From: Bacteroidia bacterium
GTDB lineage: Bacteria; Bacteroidota; Bacteroidia; NS11-12g; UBA9320
Assembly (NCBI GenBank): GCA_965216465.1
Contig: CBDCFW010000001.1
Coordinates: forward strand, 32,001 to 96,000
DNA length: 64,000 nucleotides
Direction of reading: 5' to 3'
The notes beneath the pieces were generated by a model, which did not search any database, was not told the origin of the DNA, and saw only the letters and a list, made by a program, of their open reading frames with translations. The translations under genes were made by a program, and so were the position numbers. This document shows positions 47,840-57,240 of the stretch, piece after piece. Positions within the stretch are counted from its first letter, which is position 1. The number at the start of each line of letters is the position of its first letter.

Positions 47840-49945
47840 CTAGTTTAGGTTAATTCCACTTGCAGCTTCTGAGACATTAATAATGTGGTCTCCAATTCGT
47901 TCAAGTGATGAGAAGATGTTGCTGTACATTAAGCCGCTTTGTGCATTGTAATCGCCATCTTCCATGCTCTTGAGGTGCTTTTTACGAACTTTATTTCGCA
48001 TGTCATTTAGATCACGCTCGATGTTTCTTGCAGATTCCATATTGATATCTGAGTACGCACCGTTCAAGTTTGCAATCATTTGTTCGAATGCTTCATCTAC
48101 CTTATTGAACAATAAATCTAAGCTATCGCGCTGCTTTTGATCAAACCAAAGTTTAGCAGAAGCTTTCTTTTCGATTGTTTTAGAAATTTCGAAGAATATG
48201 TCTCCTATTCGCTCAAGGTCATTAGTAATACTCAGCATTGATCTTAAGTCAGAAGAAGAATCTTCAGAAAGTTTGCTTGAAGATACATTACCCAAGAATG
48301 ATGCAATTTCTGTTTCTAGTCTGTCGGTAATGTCCTCATACTTGCCAATTTTCTTGATTAGTTTTGAACGTTTTTTCTCGTCAGTTTCATGAATCAAGCT
48401 TCTTGCTTTACCACTCATGCGGTATGTGATGTCGGCAAACTGAGCAACCTCTTTTTTCGCCTCTAAAATAGACAATTCGGGAGTTGATGTTAATCCACCA
48501 GAGATATATTCCAGTTTAAAGATTTCATCATCTTCACCTTTAGACTTCACTGTACGCTCAGCGACTTTAACAAGCCAGGGCGTAAACCAAATCAACAACA
48601 ATACGTTCGTTAAGTTAAATGTGGTGTGGAACGCTGCAAGTCCTAATGTCGCACCTTCTCCTCCTTCAAAAGGATTGGTTCCTACCCATGAATCCATAAC
48701 ATTGCTAATACCTGCTAAGAAGAATGGCATTAAGATTACCATCCAAGTAACCCCTATAATATTAAACATCGAGTGAATTCTTGCAGATCGTTTTGCGTGA
48801 ACATTACCGACCAGCGAAGCAAGTTCAGCGGTAATTGTTGTACCTATATTCTCTCCAAGAATCATTGCCGCTCCAACATCGAATGGAATAATTCCTTTTA
48901 ATACCATCGTAAGTGTTAAGGCCATCGCAGCACTTGAAGATTGTACAACTATTGTTACCAGTGTTCCTAGCAATACAAAAGCAATTCTTCCTAAGAATGG
49001 AGAGTCACTAAACTGAGTAAAGAACAATACAATCGGTGAATCCGCATCTAATTCTGGAACAGAGTTTTTAAGGAAACCAAGTCCCATAAATAAGATAGCA
49101 AATCCAATAATGGCGTTACCCCAACCTTTATAGTTCTTTCTCGAAATGAACATAAATGGAGCACCAATTGCAATAAATATCAAGGCGTAGCTCGATAAGC
49201 TAATTTTAAATCCAAATAATGATACAAGCCATCCTGTAATTGTTGTACCGATGTTCGCTCCCATCATAACACCAGCACTTTCAACCAAAGTAAGTAAACC
49301 AGCGTTTACAAAACTCACGGTCATTACGGTTGTTGCAGACGACGATTGAACCAGTGCAGTGATTAAGAAACCACTTAATACACCAAAGTAACGGTTCGAA
49401 GTCATTGTGCTAAGAATTTTTCTTAGGCTTCCTCCGGCAGTTTGCTGTAAACCTTCACTCATCAACTTCATACCGAAAATGAACAAGGCAAGTGATCCTA
49501 AAAGAACTAAAACTTTATATAGGCCCCAAGCTCTTTCGGTTTTGTATTTTCCTTTATCAGACCATACCATGTCTTCAGACTCTGGTACACCATTTTTAAG
49601 AACTGCATTAATGTCGCTCCCGTCGGCCATACAACCAATTTTCCAGACATACTTTTCGCCACCCTTCATTCCATCAAGTTTAAATGATGTTTCAGAGGCG
49701 TCGATTACGGGTGAATACTTCCAAGGCTTTCCTTTTTCAATCTTTTTCTGGTACTTGATGATCACATTTTTAACCTGATCAACATTGTCACAGTCAACAG
49801 TCCAAGTGAATTTCGCTCCTTCTTCAATTCCCTTGGCATTGGTGTTAATAAAGATTTCTTCAGAAATTTGATTTTCAGCTTGGGCAAATAGCGGAAGCAT
49901 GAATAAGCTCGCCAGCCCAAGAAAGATGATTGATTTCAGTTTCAT
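47840..49945 (-). CDS. Na+/phosphate cotransporter (NptA-like, C-terminal PhoU-like domains) with an extra N-terminal exported domain
   Basis: Two QSSS motifs (VQSSSATT, VQSSSAAM), GANIGTT, GENIGTT, DLERIGD. Confidence 0.9.
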   Translation of the reverse strand: MKLKSIIFLGLASLFMLPLFAQAENQISEEIFINTNAKGIEEGAKFTWTVDCDNVDQVKNVIIKYQKKIEKGKPWKYSPVIDASETSFKLDGMKGGEKYVWKIGCMADGSDINAVLKNGVPESEDMVWSDKGKYKTERAWGLYKVLVLLGSLALFIFGMKLMSEGLQQTAGGSLRKILSTMTSNRYFGVLSGFLITALVQSSSATTVMTVSFVNAGLLTLVESAGVMMGANIGTTITGWLVSLFGFKISLSSYALIFIAIGAPFMFISRKNYKGWGNAIIGFAILFMGLGFLKNSVPELDADSPIVLFFTQFSDSPFLGRIAFVLLGTLVTIVVQSSSAAMALTLTMVLKGIIPFDVGAAMILGENIGTTITAELASLVGNVHAKRSARIHSMFNIIGVTWMVILMPFFLAGISNVMDSWVGTNPFEGGEGATLGLAAFHTTFNLTNVLLLIWFTPWLVKVAERTVKSKGEDDEIFKLEYISGGLTSTPELSILEAKKEVAQFADITYRMSGKARSLIHETDEKKRSKLIKKIGKYEDITDRLETEIASFLGNVSSSKLSEDSSSDLRSMLSITNDLERIGDIFFEISKTIEKKASAKLWFDQKQRDSLDLLFNKVDEAFEQMIANLNGAYSDINMESARNIERDLNDMRNKVRKKHLKSMEDGDYNAQSGLMYSNIFSSLERIGDHIINVSEAASGINLN

Positions 49946-49980
49946 TTGATTTTTTAGGGTTTGCAAAAAACTATTTATTG

Positions 49981-49997
49981 TGTTACCTCAATGTTAA
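49981..49997 (-). promoter_or_regulatory. Pho-box-like 11-bp-period direct repeat
   Basis: TGTTACCTCAATGTTAA, identical to 51221-51237. Confidence 0.65.
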
Positions 49998-50008
49998 ATC
50001 GGCAAAAT

Positions 50009-51196
50009 TTATATCCCAACCTCAACTTGGAATCTGATTCTATAATCACCACCAGAAACTCCTTCTTGAGTGATGAATGCTGCATCAGACTGTACTTTCA
50101 GCTTGTGATCTACAATGTATTTAGATACACAAAAAGTGTACTCGGTTGTCTTACTCAGGTCGCCAGCTCCTTTTGCCAAATCAACTGAAGTGTAACGGCC
50201 CGCAATCTCGTAATTATTTTCGAATAAATATCCTGCTTGAGCAACATATCCTGAACCATGCGTAAAAGCATTGATATTTTCTTTCAATTGCTTGTTTGCA
50301 TACTCAGCCATCACGCTAAACCCTTTGTATTTATACATTAAATCTATAAATAATGTAGATATATCATTAAATGCATAGTCAGAGGTCGGCAATCCTAGTG
50401 TATCTAACTCATAAACAAAGCTTCCCAGTTGACCACCACTTCGAGTTGTGTTTTGGTTGTAGCAGTAAGTTACCCCAACAGCAAGCTTTTGACTTTGCTC
50501 TCTTTTAAGGTCAGCACCAAAGTAATCACCTTTTTTAGTGAACTTTCCAAATGGGTAGAATTCAGCTCTACCTGTATAAGATAAGCCGTTCATTTCGTTG
50601 TTAACCGTAATATTTCTTCCTTCTCCTGTGGTAATTGCTCCTGCAAGCGTTAATGGCATGTCGCCAATCGACTGCTTGCTTCTGAACTGAACCCCGAAAT
50701 CACGATCGATATTAAACTTGCTATTTACATTACTTCGATCAACAAATTGTAGTGCCATAGATGAAATAACACGCTCACGATTACCTGGTAACTTAGTTTG
50801 ACCAAACCACACTTGATTTTTATTATTCATATGGTATTTGAAAACCGCATCAAGAACTGCTTTTGCACCGTTGTTGGTTTGAGCTTCATCTCTACCATTG
50901 CCTAAGTCTCTATTACTTAAAGCAATCTCTAATTTGTACTCAAACTTTGGATCAAAGATGTATCCGTTGGTTTTAAGTCGCATACGACGAATCATTGCTT
51001 TCATATCAGAATCATCACCGTCCATGTTATTTTGGTATGAAGCTAAACTCTGAAGTCTGAAGCTAACTTTCATTTTAACACTCGTATCCTTTGAAGTGAT
51101 TGACAAACCTTTTGCAGCACTTGGATAATTTACTTGAGCATAAACATTACTTGAAAATAATGTTAGTGCTAAGATTAGTTTATTAACGTGTTTCAT
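50009..51196 (-). CDS. Phosphate-selective porin (OprO/OprP-like)
   Basis: Signal peptide; IRRMRLK..G, GQTKLPGNRER, DRDFG, KLKVQSD; beside a Na/Pi transporter. Confidence 0.8.
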   Translation of the reverse strand: MKHVNKLILALTLFSSNVYAQVNYPSAAKGLSITSKDTSVKMKVSFRLQSLASYQNNMDGDDSDMKAMIRRMRLKTNGYIFDPKFEYKLEIALSNRDLGNGRDEAQTNNGAKAVLDAVFKYHMNNKNQVWFGQTKLPGNRERVISSMALQFVDRSNVNSKFNIDRDFGVQFRSKQSIGDMPLTLAGAITTGEGRNITVNNEMNGLSYTGRAEFYPFGKFTKKGDYFGADLKREQSQKLAVGVTYCYNQNTTRSGGQLGSFVYELDTLGLPTSDYAFNDISTLFIDLMYKYKGFSVMAEYANKQLKENINAFTHGSGYVAQAGYLFENNYEIAGRYTSVDLAKGAGDLSKTTEYTFCVSKYIVDHKLKVQSDAAFITQEGVSGGDYRIRFQVEVGI

Positions 51197-51220
51197 TCTG
51201 GCGCAAAACACTATTGTCAA

Positions 51221-51247
51221 TGTTACCTCAATGTTAATAATATATTA
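51221..51247 (-). promoter_or_regulatory. Pho-box-like direct repeat upstream of the porin
   Basis: TGTTA at 51221 and 51232, TATTA at 51243 (11-bp period). Confidence 0.65.
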
Positions 51248-51293
51248 ACGTTAATAACTTTTGTATAACATCATTTTAAGTGTAATTTGCTTT

Positions 51294-51746
51294 ATGTCAG
51301 ACTTAAAGGTAAGAGTAGCAACAGAACTCGATATCCCTGCAATGCTAAAACTCATTCAAGAATTGGCACTATTTGAAAAAGCTCCCGACGAAGTAACAAA
51401 TACGGCCGAACGGATGCGTATTGATGGGTTTAGTGAGCATGCAATTTACGATAGTTTTGTTGCTGAGATGAATGGCACTATAGTAGGTATAGCCATTACT
51501 TACTATCGCTATTCTACTTGGAAAGGAAAGTGCTTATATCTGGAAGATCTAATCGTAACAGAGGAGCATCGTGGAAAAGGAATCGGAAAGCTCTTATTCG
51601 ATCGTTGCATTGCGTTTGGTAGAGAGCAAAATTGTGTGCGAATGAATTGGCAGGTGCTTGACTGGAATACTCCTGCAATAGAATTTTACAAAGCTTATAA
51701 CGCTGAGCTGGATGGAGAATGGATAAACGGGGCTATTGACCTATAG
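51294..51746 (+). CDS. GNAT acetyltransferase (diamine/spermidine acetyltransferase-like)
   Basis: IQELALFEK, YSTWKG..LYLEDLIV…RGKGIG, VLDWNTPAIEFY. Confidence 0.87.
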   Translation: MSDLKVRVATELDIPAMLKLIQELALFEKAPDEVTNTAERMRIDGFSEHAIYDSFVAEMNGTIVGIAITYYRYSTWKGKCLYLEDLIVTEEHRGKGIGKLLFDRCIAFGREQNCVRMNWQVLDWNTPAIEFYKAYNAELDGEWINGAIDL

Positions 51747-53421
51747 GTTTTCGCTCCCACACCCCATAACCATTTCCAGCGAATACCAGATGTAACTCTT
51801 CGTATTTCTTCATTGATTCGAACTTGTTCAGTTTAGCAGAAACAGAAACAGGTATTTCCGTTTCTCGAATCACAATATCTCTAACGGCATTATCTAATGT
51901 CTTCTTTGTGAATTGATTCAACTCAAAACCTTCATTTTTTACCAACGAGTCTTGCAGCTCTGTACGAATAGCATTTACCTCATCTATCTTTTGTGCATGA
52001 GTATAGTAAATATGTGCGTAGCTCTTAAAGCCCACAGTGAAATGTGCCATCGGTTTTTCTTGGTACGTCTTTAACTGATCGATCCATTCACCTTGTAAAA
52101 CTCTTTCAATAGTTCCAATACTCGAAACCATAAAGATTGAGATGATCAGAGTATTGCCTACCAGCAGAGTCGACATATTCATCTTTGAATACTTGAACAC
52201 CGCTCTAATCAATAAGCTTGCAAGTACTAGGGCTAAAACCACAGGAGTGATACTCCAATCAACTGGGGTCTTTAATTGCTCAAGCGTGAACTCATCAGCA
52301 ATAAGAGGTTTAATCTTGTCAATAACGTTAAGCTCGTCAATACCTAACAAGCCTAGCACTACAAAGAGTGAAAGCCAAATAAGCCCAACAATGAGCATGA
52401 ATATTTTTTGTAGACTCGATAGCACTTCATGTTTTGCCATCCACACTCCTCCCAATATTGCCAATGGGATGTAACACATGCTGCTATAGTGAACAATTTT
52501 AGTAGTCACTAATGAGAACACAATAAGCACTACCCAAAAAAGGACCTTCATCCAACGCAAGAAAGTATGATCTGATTCGTGTTTAAGACGCCCTACAACT
52601 GCATTAAGAGCAAGTACTGCAAGAGGAAAGCAACCGATCAAGAGCACCACAAAGTGATAATAAAACGGTTGGCCATGTGAAGCAATCGGGTATCTAAATA
52701 AATCAATTTGGTACCACACAAACTCATTAACAAACCACCATCCACTTTGACTAATTTGAGCACCAAAATACAATCCCGGTAGAACCAACAAGCCTACTAG
52801 CAAAAACAGAAGCGATTTAAAAGAATAAAAGTTTATTCTATAAATCAATTGATAGGCTAAGCCAGATAATCCAACCAAAAGTAATGCTGCAGGACCTTTT
52901 GTGAGTATTGCTGCCCCAAGAAATAAACCACTCCAAAAGTATGCTCCAATTTGCTTTAGTTCTATAGATTTAACAAGGTAAAGTACGCTAAGAAACATGA
53001 ATAAATTAAACAGAGGATCGATGATTCCGGATTTAAAATAGAAATGTGGAGTTATAGAACCAATGTATAAAAGCAACGTAAATATACTTGCTTGGAGACC
53101 ATAGCGTTTCCTCACCTGCACATAAAGTATTGTGAGCGTGACTAAACCAATCGCTACGTTGGGAAACCGCGCACCAAACTCTGTGACACCAAAAACTGAC
53201 ATCGAAATTGCTTGCAGCCAGATAAACAATGGAGGTTTTTCCCAAAATGGTTGATAGTTGATTTGTACATTTAACCAATCGCCAGTGACCAGCATTTCTC
53301 GTGCCGCCTCAGCAAAATTGATTTCATCCCAATCAAAGAGATGAACATGGCCCAGAAAAGGAATAAATAGCAAGAGATAAAACCCCAGGGTAAATAAAAA
53401 TGCTTTGTGCCTTGCTATCAT
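51733..53421 (-). CDS. ArnT-like GT-C glycosyltransferase (family 39/83)
   Basis: DWDEINFAEAAREM, EKPPLFIW, EFGARFP, LTKGP; many TM helices. Confidence 0.88.
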   Translation of the reverse strand: MIARHKAFLFTLGFYLLLFIPFLGHVHLFDWDEINFAEAAREMLVTGDWLNVQINYQPFWEKPPLFIWLQAISMSVFGVTEFGARFPNVAIGLVTLTILYVQVRKRYGLQASIFTLLLYIGSITPHFYFKSGIIDPLFNLFMFLSVLYLVKSIELKQIGAYFWSGLFLGAAILTKGPAALLLVGLSGLAYQLIYRINFYSFKSLLFLLVGLLVLPGLYFGAQISQSGWWFVNEFVWYQIDLFRYPIASHGQPFYYHFVVLLIGCFPLAVLALNAVVGRLKHESDHTFLRWMKVLFWVVLIVFSLVTTKIVHYSSMCYIPLAILGGVWMAKHEVLSSLQKIFMLIVGLIWLSLFVVLGLLGIDELNVIDKIKPLIADEFTLEQLKTPVDWSITPVVLALVLASLLIRAVFKYSKMNMSTLLVGNTLIISIFMVSSIGTIERVLQGEWIDQLKTYQEKPMAHFTVGFKSYAHIYYTHAQKIDEVNAIRTELQDSLVKNEGFELNQFTKKTLDNAVRDIVIRETEIPVSVSAKLNKFESMKKYEELHLVFAGNGYGVWERKPIGQ

Positions 53422-54068
53422 GCCTTTGCAAAAAGTTTTCTTTCAAAAAATGGAATCTTTGAGAGCCTATCGTGCAACAGAATGTAACAGCATGTTGTTA
53501 AAAACAAACCAAGTACAGCTCCGGCCACCACATCGTTAACAAAGTGCTGGGCTAAGTATACTCTCGAAATTCCTACTAAAGCCGCACAAGTAAAACTGAC
53601 TACTTGAATCCATCGCTTACGAAGAGCAAAACACAAAACAGTGTAAAAGGTAAAGCCAGCCGTAGTATGTCCACTTGGAAATGAAAAATTGGTGTGTCGT
53701 TCTAAATTTTCAATGTGGTTTAAATCACTGAACATATGAGAAGGTCGTTTTTCGTCTGAAAATACTCCTCTTTTTAATCCTGACGATGCAAACGTGGTTA
53801 TCAATACAGCGACAACAAAGATTGTTGCATGCTTGAACTTGGATGTAAGTAGCAAGATTAAAAAAACAATCATACCACCAAGTGCCTCTCCTAGTGTTGT
53901 AGCAAACATGAAGAAGCTGTTCAGGGCTGGAGATTGATTCCTATTAAAAATCAAGACCACCTCGCCTTTTGCAAAATTGAGTAGCGATAGTAATCCTATC
54001 ATTATGAACAAGATGCATAATGCGTAATAAATTCGATATCTTAAAATATGTGCTAACAATTGCCTCAA
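53418..54068 (-). CDS. PAP2 family phosphatase
   Basis: K……RP, SFPSGH, SRVYLAQHF..DV motifs. Confidence 0.9.
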   Translation of the reverse strand: MRQLLAHILRYRIYYALCILFIMIGLLSLLNFAKGEVVLIFNRNQSPALNSFFMFATTLGEALGGMIVFLILLLTSKFKHATIFVVAVLITTFASSGLKRGVFSDEKRPSHMFSDLNHIENLERHTNFSFPSGHTTAGFTFYTVLCFALRKRWIQVVSFTCAALVGISRVYLAQHFVNDVVAGAVLGLFLTTCCYILLHDRLSKIPFFERKLFAKA

Positions 54069-54138
54069 AAATAGACGTCTTAAATAGTTTATTAAACAAA
54101 AAATTGTTTATTTGAAAATTCTTAAAAAACGAAGTACA

Positions 54139-54522
54139 GTGGAAAGAGTAAAAATAGAACTAGAGTTTGTTATAAAATCATCTCCAACAATACTTTATCA
54201 GTACATTTCTACCCCTTCTGGGTTGGTTGAGTGGTTTTGTGATGATGTTAATATAAAAGGAAGTAAACGCTATATTTTTATCTGGGATGGCGAGGAGAAT
54301 GAAGCTGAACTGGTTAAGAAAGTTAACGGCAAGTACATCAAGTTTAAGTTGAAAGACAACGATCCTGATGAATACTTCCAGTTTGAAATTACTAAAGATG
54401 AACTTACTGGAGACATTGGTCTTTTAGTTACCGACTGGGTTGATGCCGATGAAGAAGACGAAATGAGACTGCTTTGGGAAAGTCAAGTTGGCGACCTTAA
54501 GCATGCTCTTGGTCTAGCTTAA
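54139..54522 (+). CDS. START-like (SRPBCC) domain protein
   Basis: LYQYISTPSGL.EWFCDDV, WESQV..LK..LG; GTG start inferred. Confidence 0.8.
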   Translation: MERVKIELEFVIKSSPTILYQYISTPSGLVEWFCDDVNIKGSKRYIFIWDGEENEAELVKKVNGKYIKFKLKDNDPDEYFQFEITKDELTGDIGLLVTDWVDADEEDEMRLLWESQVGDLKHALGLA

Positions 54523-55064
54523 TAGCGCTCTTCTATTGACTCTGTGTCCTCAAGTAAAGAGTCATATTTTTCCTTCATATAGTCACCGAAATCTTGAGCA
54601 CCTTCTTGCAAAGATTCTAGATGTTTGTTTTCTACTGGAATGAAGTTTTGAATCATTTCCTTGTATTTGTGCTCAGCATCACGACTTGCTAAACACTGTA
54701 ATGCTTCAGTTTTTGTGGCATCTAAACTTCGAATTAAAACATGGGTCGACTTGTACTTACTCTGTTTGATATCAGTAAGCTCTTCTGCTGAAAAGCGGTT
54801 TTTCATGTCGCTATCTGCCAATTCAACAACACAATCACAGACATCCTCATCTTGAGTCATTTCATTTCCGCAATACTCAAATCGTAAGGCAGCTATACTT
54901 ACTTCTTTACCTTCAAACGGCCCGATTGAATAGTAGTACATAAAGCCAACTGCCACACCCACAACCAACAGAAATCCAAGAACCTTGATTATTAATCGTG
55001 TTGCGAATTTGATAACAAAGGCTAAAACAACAAATGCGATGATGGCTGTAAGCGACGTTCCCAT
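54519..55064 (-). CDS. Hypothetical membrane protein
   Basis: Two N-terminal TM helices and a C…CDC…C helical domain. Confidence 0.6.
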   Translation of the reverse strand: MGTSLTAIIAFVVLAFVIKFATRLIIKVLGFLLVVGVAVGFMYYYSIGPFEGKEVSIAALRFEYCGNEMTQDEDVCDCVVELADSDMKNRFSAEELTDIKQSKYKSTHVLIRSLDATKTEALQCLASRDAEHKYKEMIQNFIPVENKHLESLQEGAQDFGDYMKEKYDSLLEDTESIEERY

Positions 55065-55073
55065 TAAGCAAAG

Positions 55074-56375
55074 TTATTTATTCTCAACCAAATGCATGTA
55101 CATTTCCTTGGGTGTAATGCGATCGTTAATCAACTTTCTTTTCTGCCCAAGATAAAACCCTCTCGGTACGTCTTCGAGAAAAAAGCTAGATCCTATTTCA
55201 GAATTGCTGTAACCCATCGGCCATTTAATCTTATCGTAGTAAAAGATTATTCTAACCTGCTTTGGTTCGTCACCATGGTTTAAGGTGATGAGCTTAATAC
55301 GGCCATTAAATTCGTAATGAATCTTACCTAAATATAAAGTATCTTCTGCTGATAAAGATTCTTTATCCCAGAAGTAAAGATACACCTCTTGCTTCTTGTA
55401 ATCTTTTAACTCATACTTGGCATTGAACACGTTAAAATATTCAAAGTTCGGGACCTTCCTTCCGGTTTCAAGTTTATTGGTAAGGACGGCATTCGGGTCT
55501 TCTTCAATCTCTACATAAGCCCCAGTAGTTTCGATGCTAACAAACCGATATTTCTTTCCATTCCACTCAAAAGCATTTTTATTGATAGTTGGAGTAAGAT
55601 TGAACAATTTATCTGAGGCTATTTGACTTTTATATTGACCGACATAAAGCATATCGTTACAACTCTCGTTATAAATTCCATTCACGTTCATGTCTTTAAT
55701 ACCAATGGTAAAAGAATCGGTTGCTGTTTTGTAATGGGCTGCAATGCAATTGTACCGTTGCACACGGTAGCAATAATTAATGTCTGTAAATAGCTTTGAG
55801 CCGCTATGAGCTCGGTAGTGACTTGTCAACAGGTTTTTATACCGCACATTCTCGCCGTATTTAAACCGAGAAAGTCGGATTCCGTAAGTAGCTTCCGGAA
55901 TGTCTTTGTTTCGAAGCAAAATTTCTTTACTCCAATCTCTGTAACGAATGGTATCAGGAGGACCATCGTTGGTGAAATCAAAGTCGTTATTTCGGTCGAT
56001 ATAGAAGAACACAGATCTCCTCGATCTTCTGTAGTTTCCTACCATTGCCAACAGGTAACCTTTACTAATGGGATTATCTGCACCGGCAAAATAAATGTAT
56101 GTATAACCTGTGTCGCGCACCCCTTCCATATTTGGAAGTTTTGAAATCTTATACCACGGTCTAGTTGTATCTATTTCAAGTCCAAATTTTGTGTAAGGTT
56201 CAATACTGTCTGAAGTATATCTGTATATAGGCAGTATAGATTGAGACTTTTCAAACACATCATCTTTAACATGCTTTTCCGCATCCAATCTAATGGTTTG
56301 AGCAACTAAAAAACCGGCAATTAAAAATAGCCAGCTAGCAAAAATTAAACGTTTAAGTGCGTCGTTACTCTTCAT
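55074..56375 (-). CDS. Hypothetical exported protein with a C-terminal thioredoxin-like (AhpC/TSA) fold lacking CxxC
   Basis: G.KVPNF…LKDYK..EVYLYFW; DxNxD loops; TAATG overlap with the upstream gene. Confidence 0.55.
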   Translation of the reverse strand: MKSNDALKRLIFASWLFLIAGFLVAQTIRLDAEKHVKDDVFEKSQSILPIYRYTSDSIEPYTKFGLEIDTTRPWYKISKLPNMEGVRDTGYTYIYFAGADNPISKGYLLAMVGNYRRSRRSVFFYIDRNNDFDFTNDGPPDTIRYRDWSKEILLRNKDIPEATYGIRLSRFKYGENVRYKNLLTSHYRAHSGSKLFTDINYCYRVQRYNCIAAHYKTATDSFTIGIKDMNVNGIYNESCNDMLYVGQYKSQIASDKLFNLTPTINKNAFEWNGKKYRFVSIETTGAYVEIEEDPNAVLTNKLETGRKVPNFEYFNVFNAKYELKDYKKQEVYLYFWDKESLSAEDTLYLGKIHYEFNGRIKLITLNHGDEPKQVRIIFYYDKIKWPMGYSNSEIGSSFFLEDVPRGFYLGQKRKLINDRITPKEMYMHLVENK

Positions 56376-57046
56376 TATCGTCTTGTAACCAACGAAATAT
56401 AGTAGAGTAATGTTGCCAATGATCCAAGTGCAGCGACTACATAAGTCATGGCTGCCCATTTAAGTGCATCACGACTGTCAGCAATTTCTTCTCGAGTTGC
56501 CATACGTTCTGTTTCAATCCAAGCCAATGCTCTTCGACTGGCATCAAATTCAACAGGTAAAGTGATGAAGCTAAATAACGTTGTAAGTGAAAACATTGCT
56601 ATACCTACCCAGAACAAGTTAGGTCCTATGGTTGGAATTAAAACCAGTCCAATCAATATTACCCACATCATCCATCTAGAGCTAACACTAACAACAGGAA
56701 CTAGCTTGCTTCTTAATGTTAACCAAGAATAAGCCTTTGCGTGTTGCACGGCATGGCCACATTCGTGGGCTGCAACTGCTGCTGCCGCTGCATTACGTTG
56801 ATTATAGACCGCCTCACTGAGGTTAACTGTTTTCTTTACCGGGTTATAATGGTCGGTAAGTTGACCATTTACTGATATTACCTTGACATCATAAATGCCA
56901 TTATCTGCTAACATCTTTTCTGCAATCTCACGACCACTTAAGTTCGAAGAGATTGGAGTTTGAGAATACTTTCTAAATTTTGATTTCAAGCGATTCTGAA
57001 CGAACCAGCTCGCTCCCATCACTATAAAGATTAATACATAAAACAT
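56375..57046 (-). CDS. Zinc metallopeptidase (YugP family)
   Basis: GQLTDHYNP, AAHECGHAVQH (HExxH), TLPVEFDASRRA, AAMTYV. Confidence 0.92.
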   Translation of the reverse strand: MFYVLIFIVMGASWFVQNRLKSKFRKYSQTPISSNLSGREIAEKMLADNGIYDVKVISVNGQLTDHYNPVKKTVNLSEAVYNQRNAAAAAVAAHECGHAVQHAKAYSWLTLRSKLVPVVSVSSRWMMWVILIGLVLIPTIGPNLFWVGIAMFSLTTLFSFITLPVEFDASRRALAWIETERMATREEIADSRDALKWAAMTYVVAALGSLATLLYYISLVTRR

Positions 57047-57070
57047 AAAATTCTAATTACACTTAGTTCA

Positions 57071-57085
57071 ACAAATTTTGTTCCA
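57071..57085 (-). promoter_or_regulatory. Sigma54-like element upstream of the YugP peptidase
   Basis: TGGAACAAAATTTGT on the - strand. Confidence 0.4.
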
Positions 57086-57240
57086 AATTGGTTAGGAACA
57101 TTTGTATGCCAATATTACCATCCCAATTAGAAAGACAAAAATACTTATCTTATTAATCGTATGCATTGACTTTACAAAACTCCCTTCTCCTGTATTTTTC
57201 TTAAACGTGAGGTAGCTCCAAATTTTATTTAAAATTTCCT

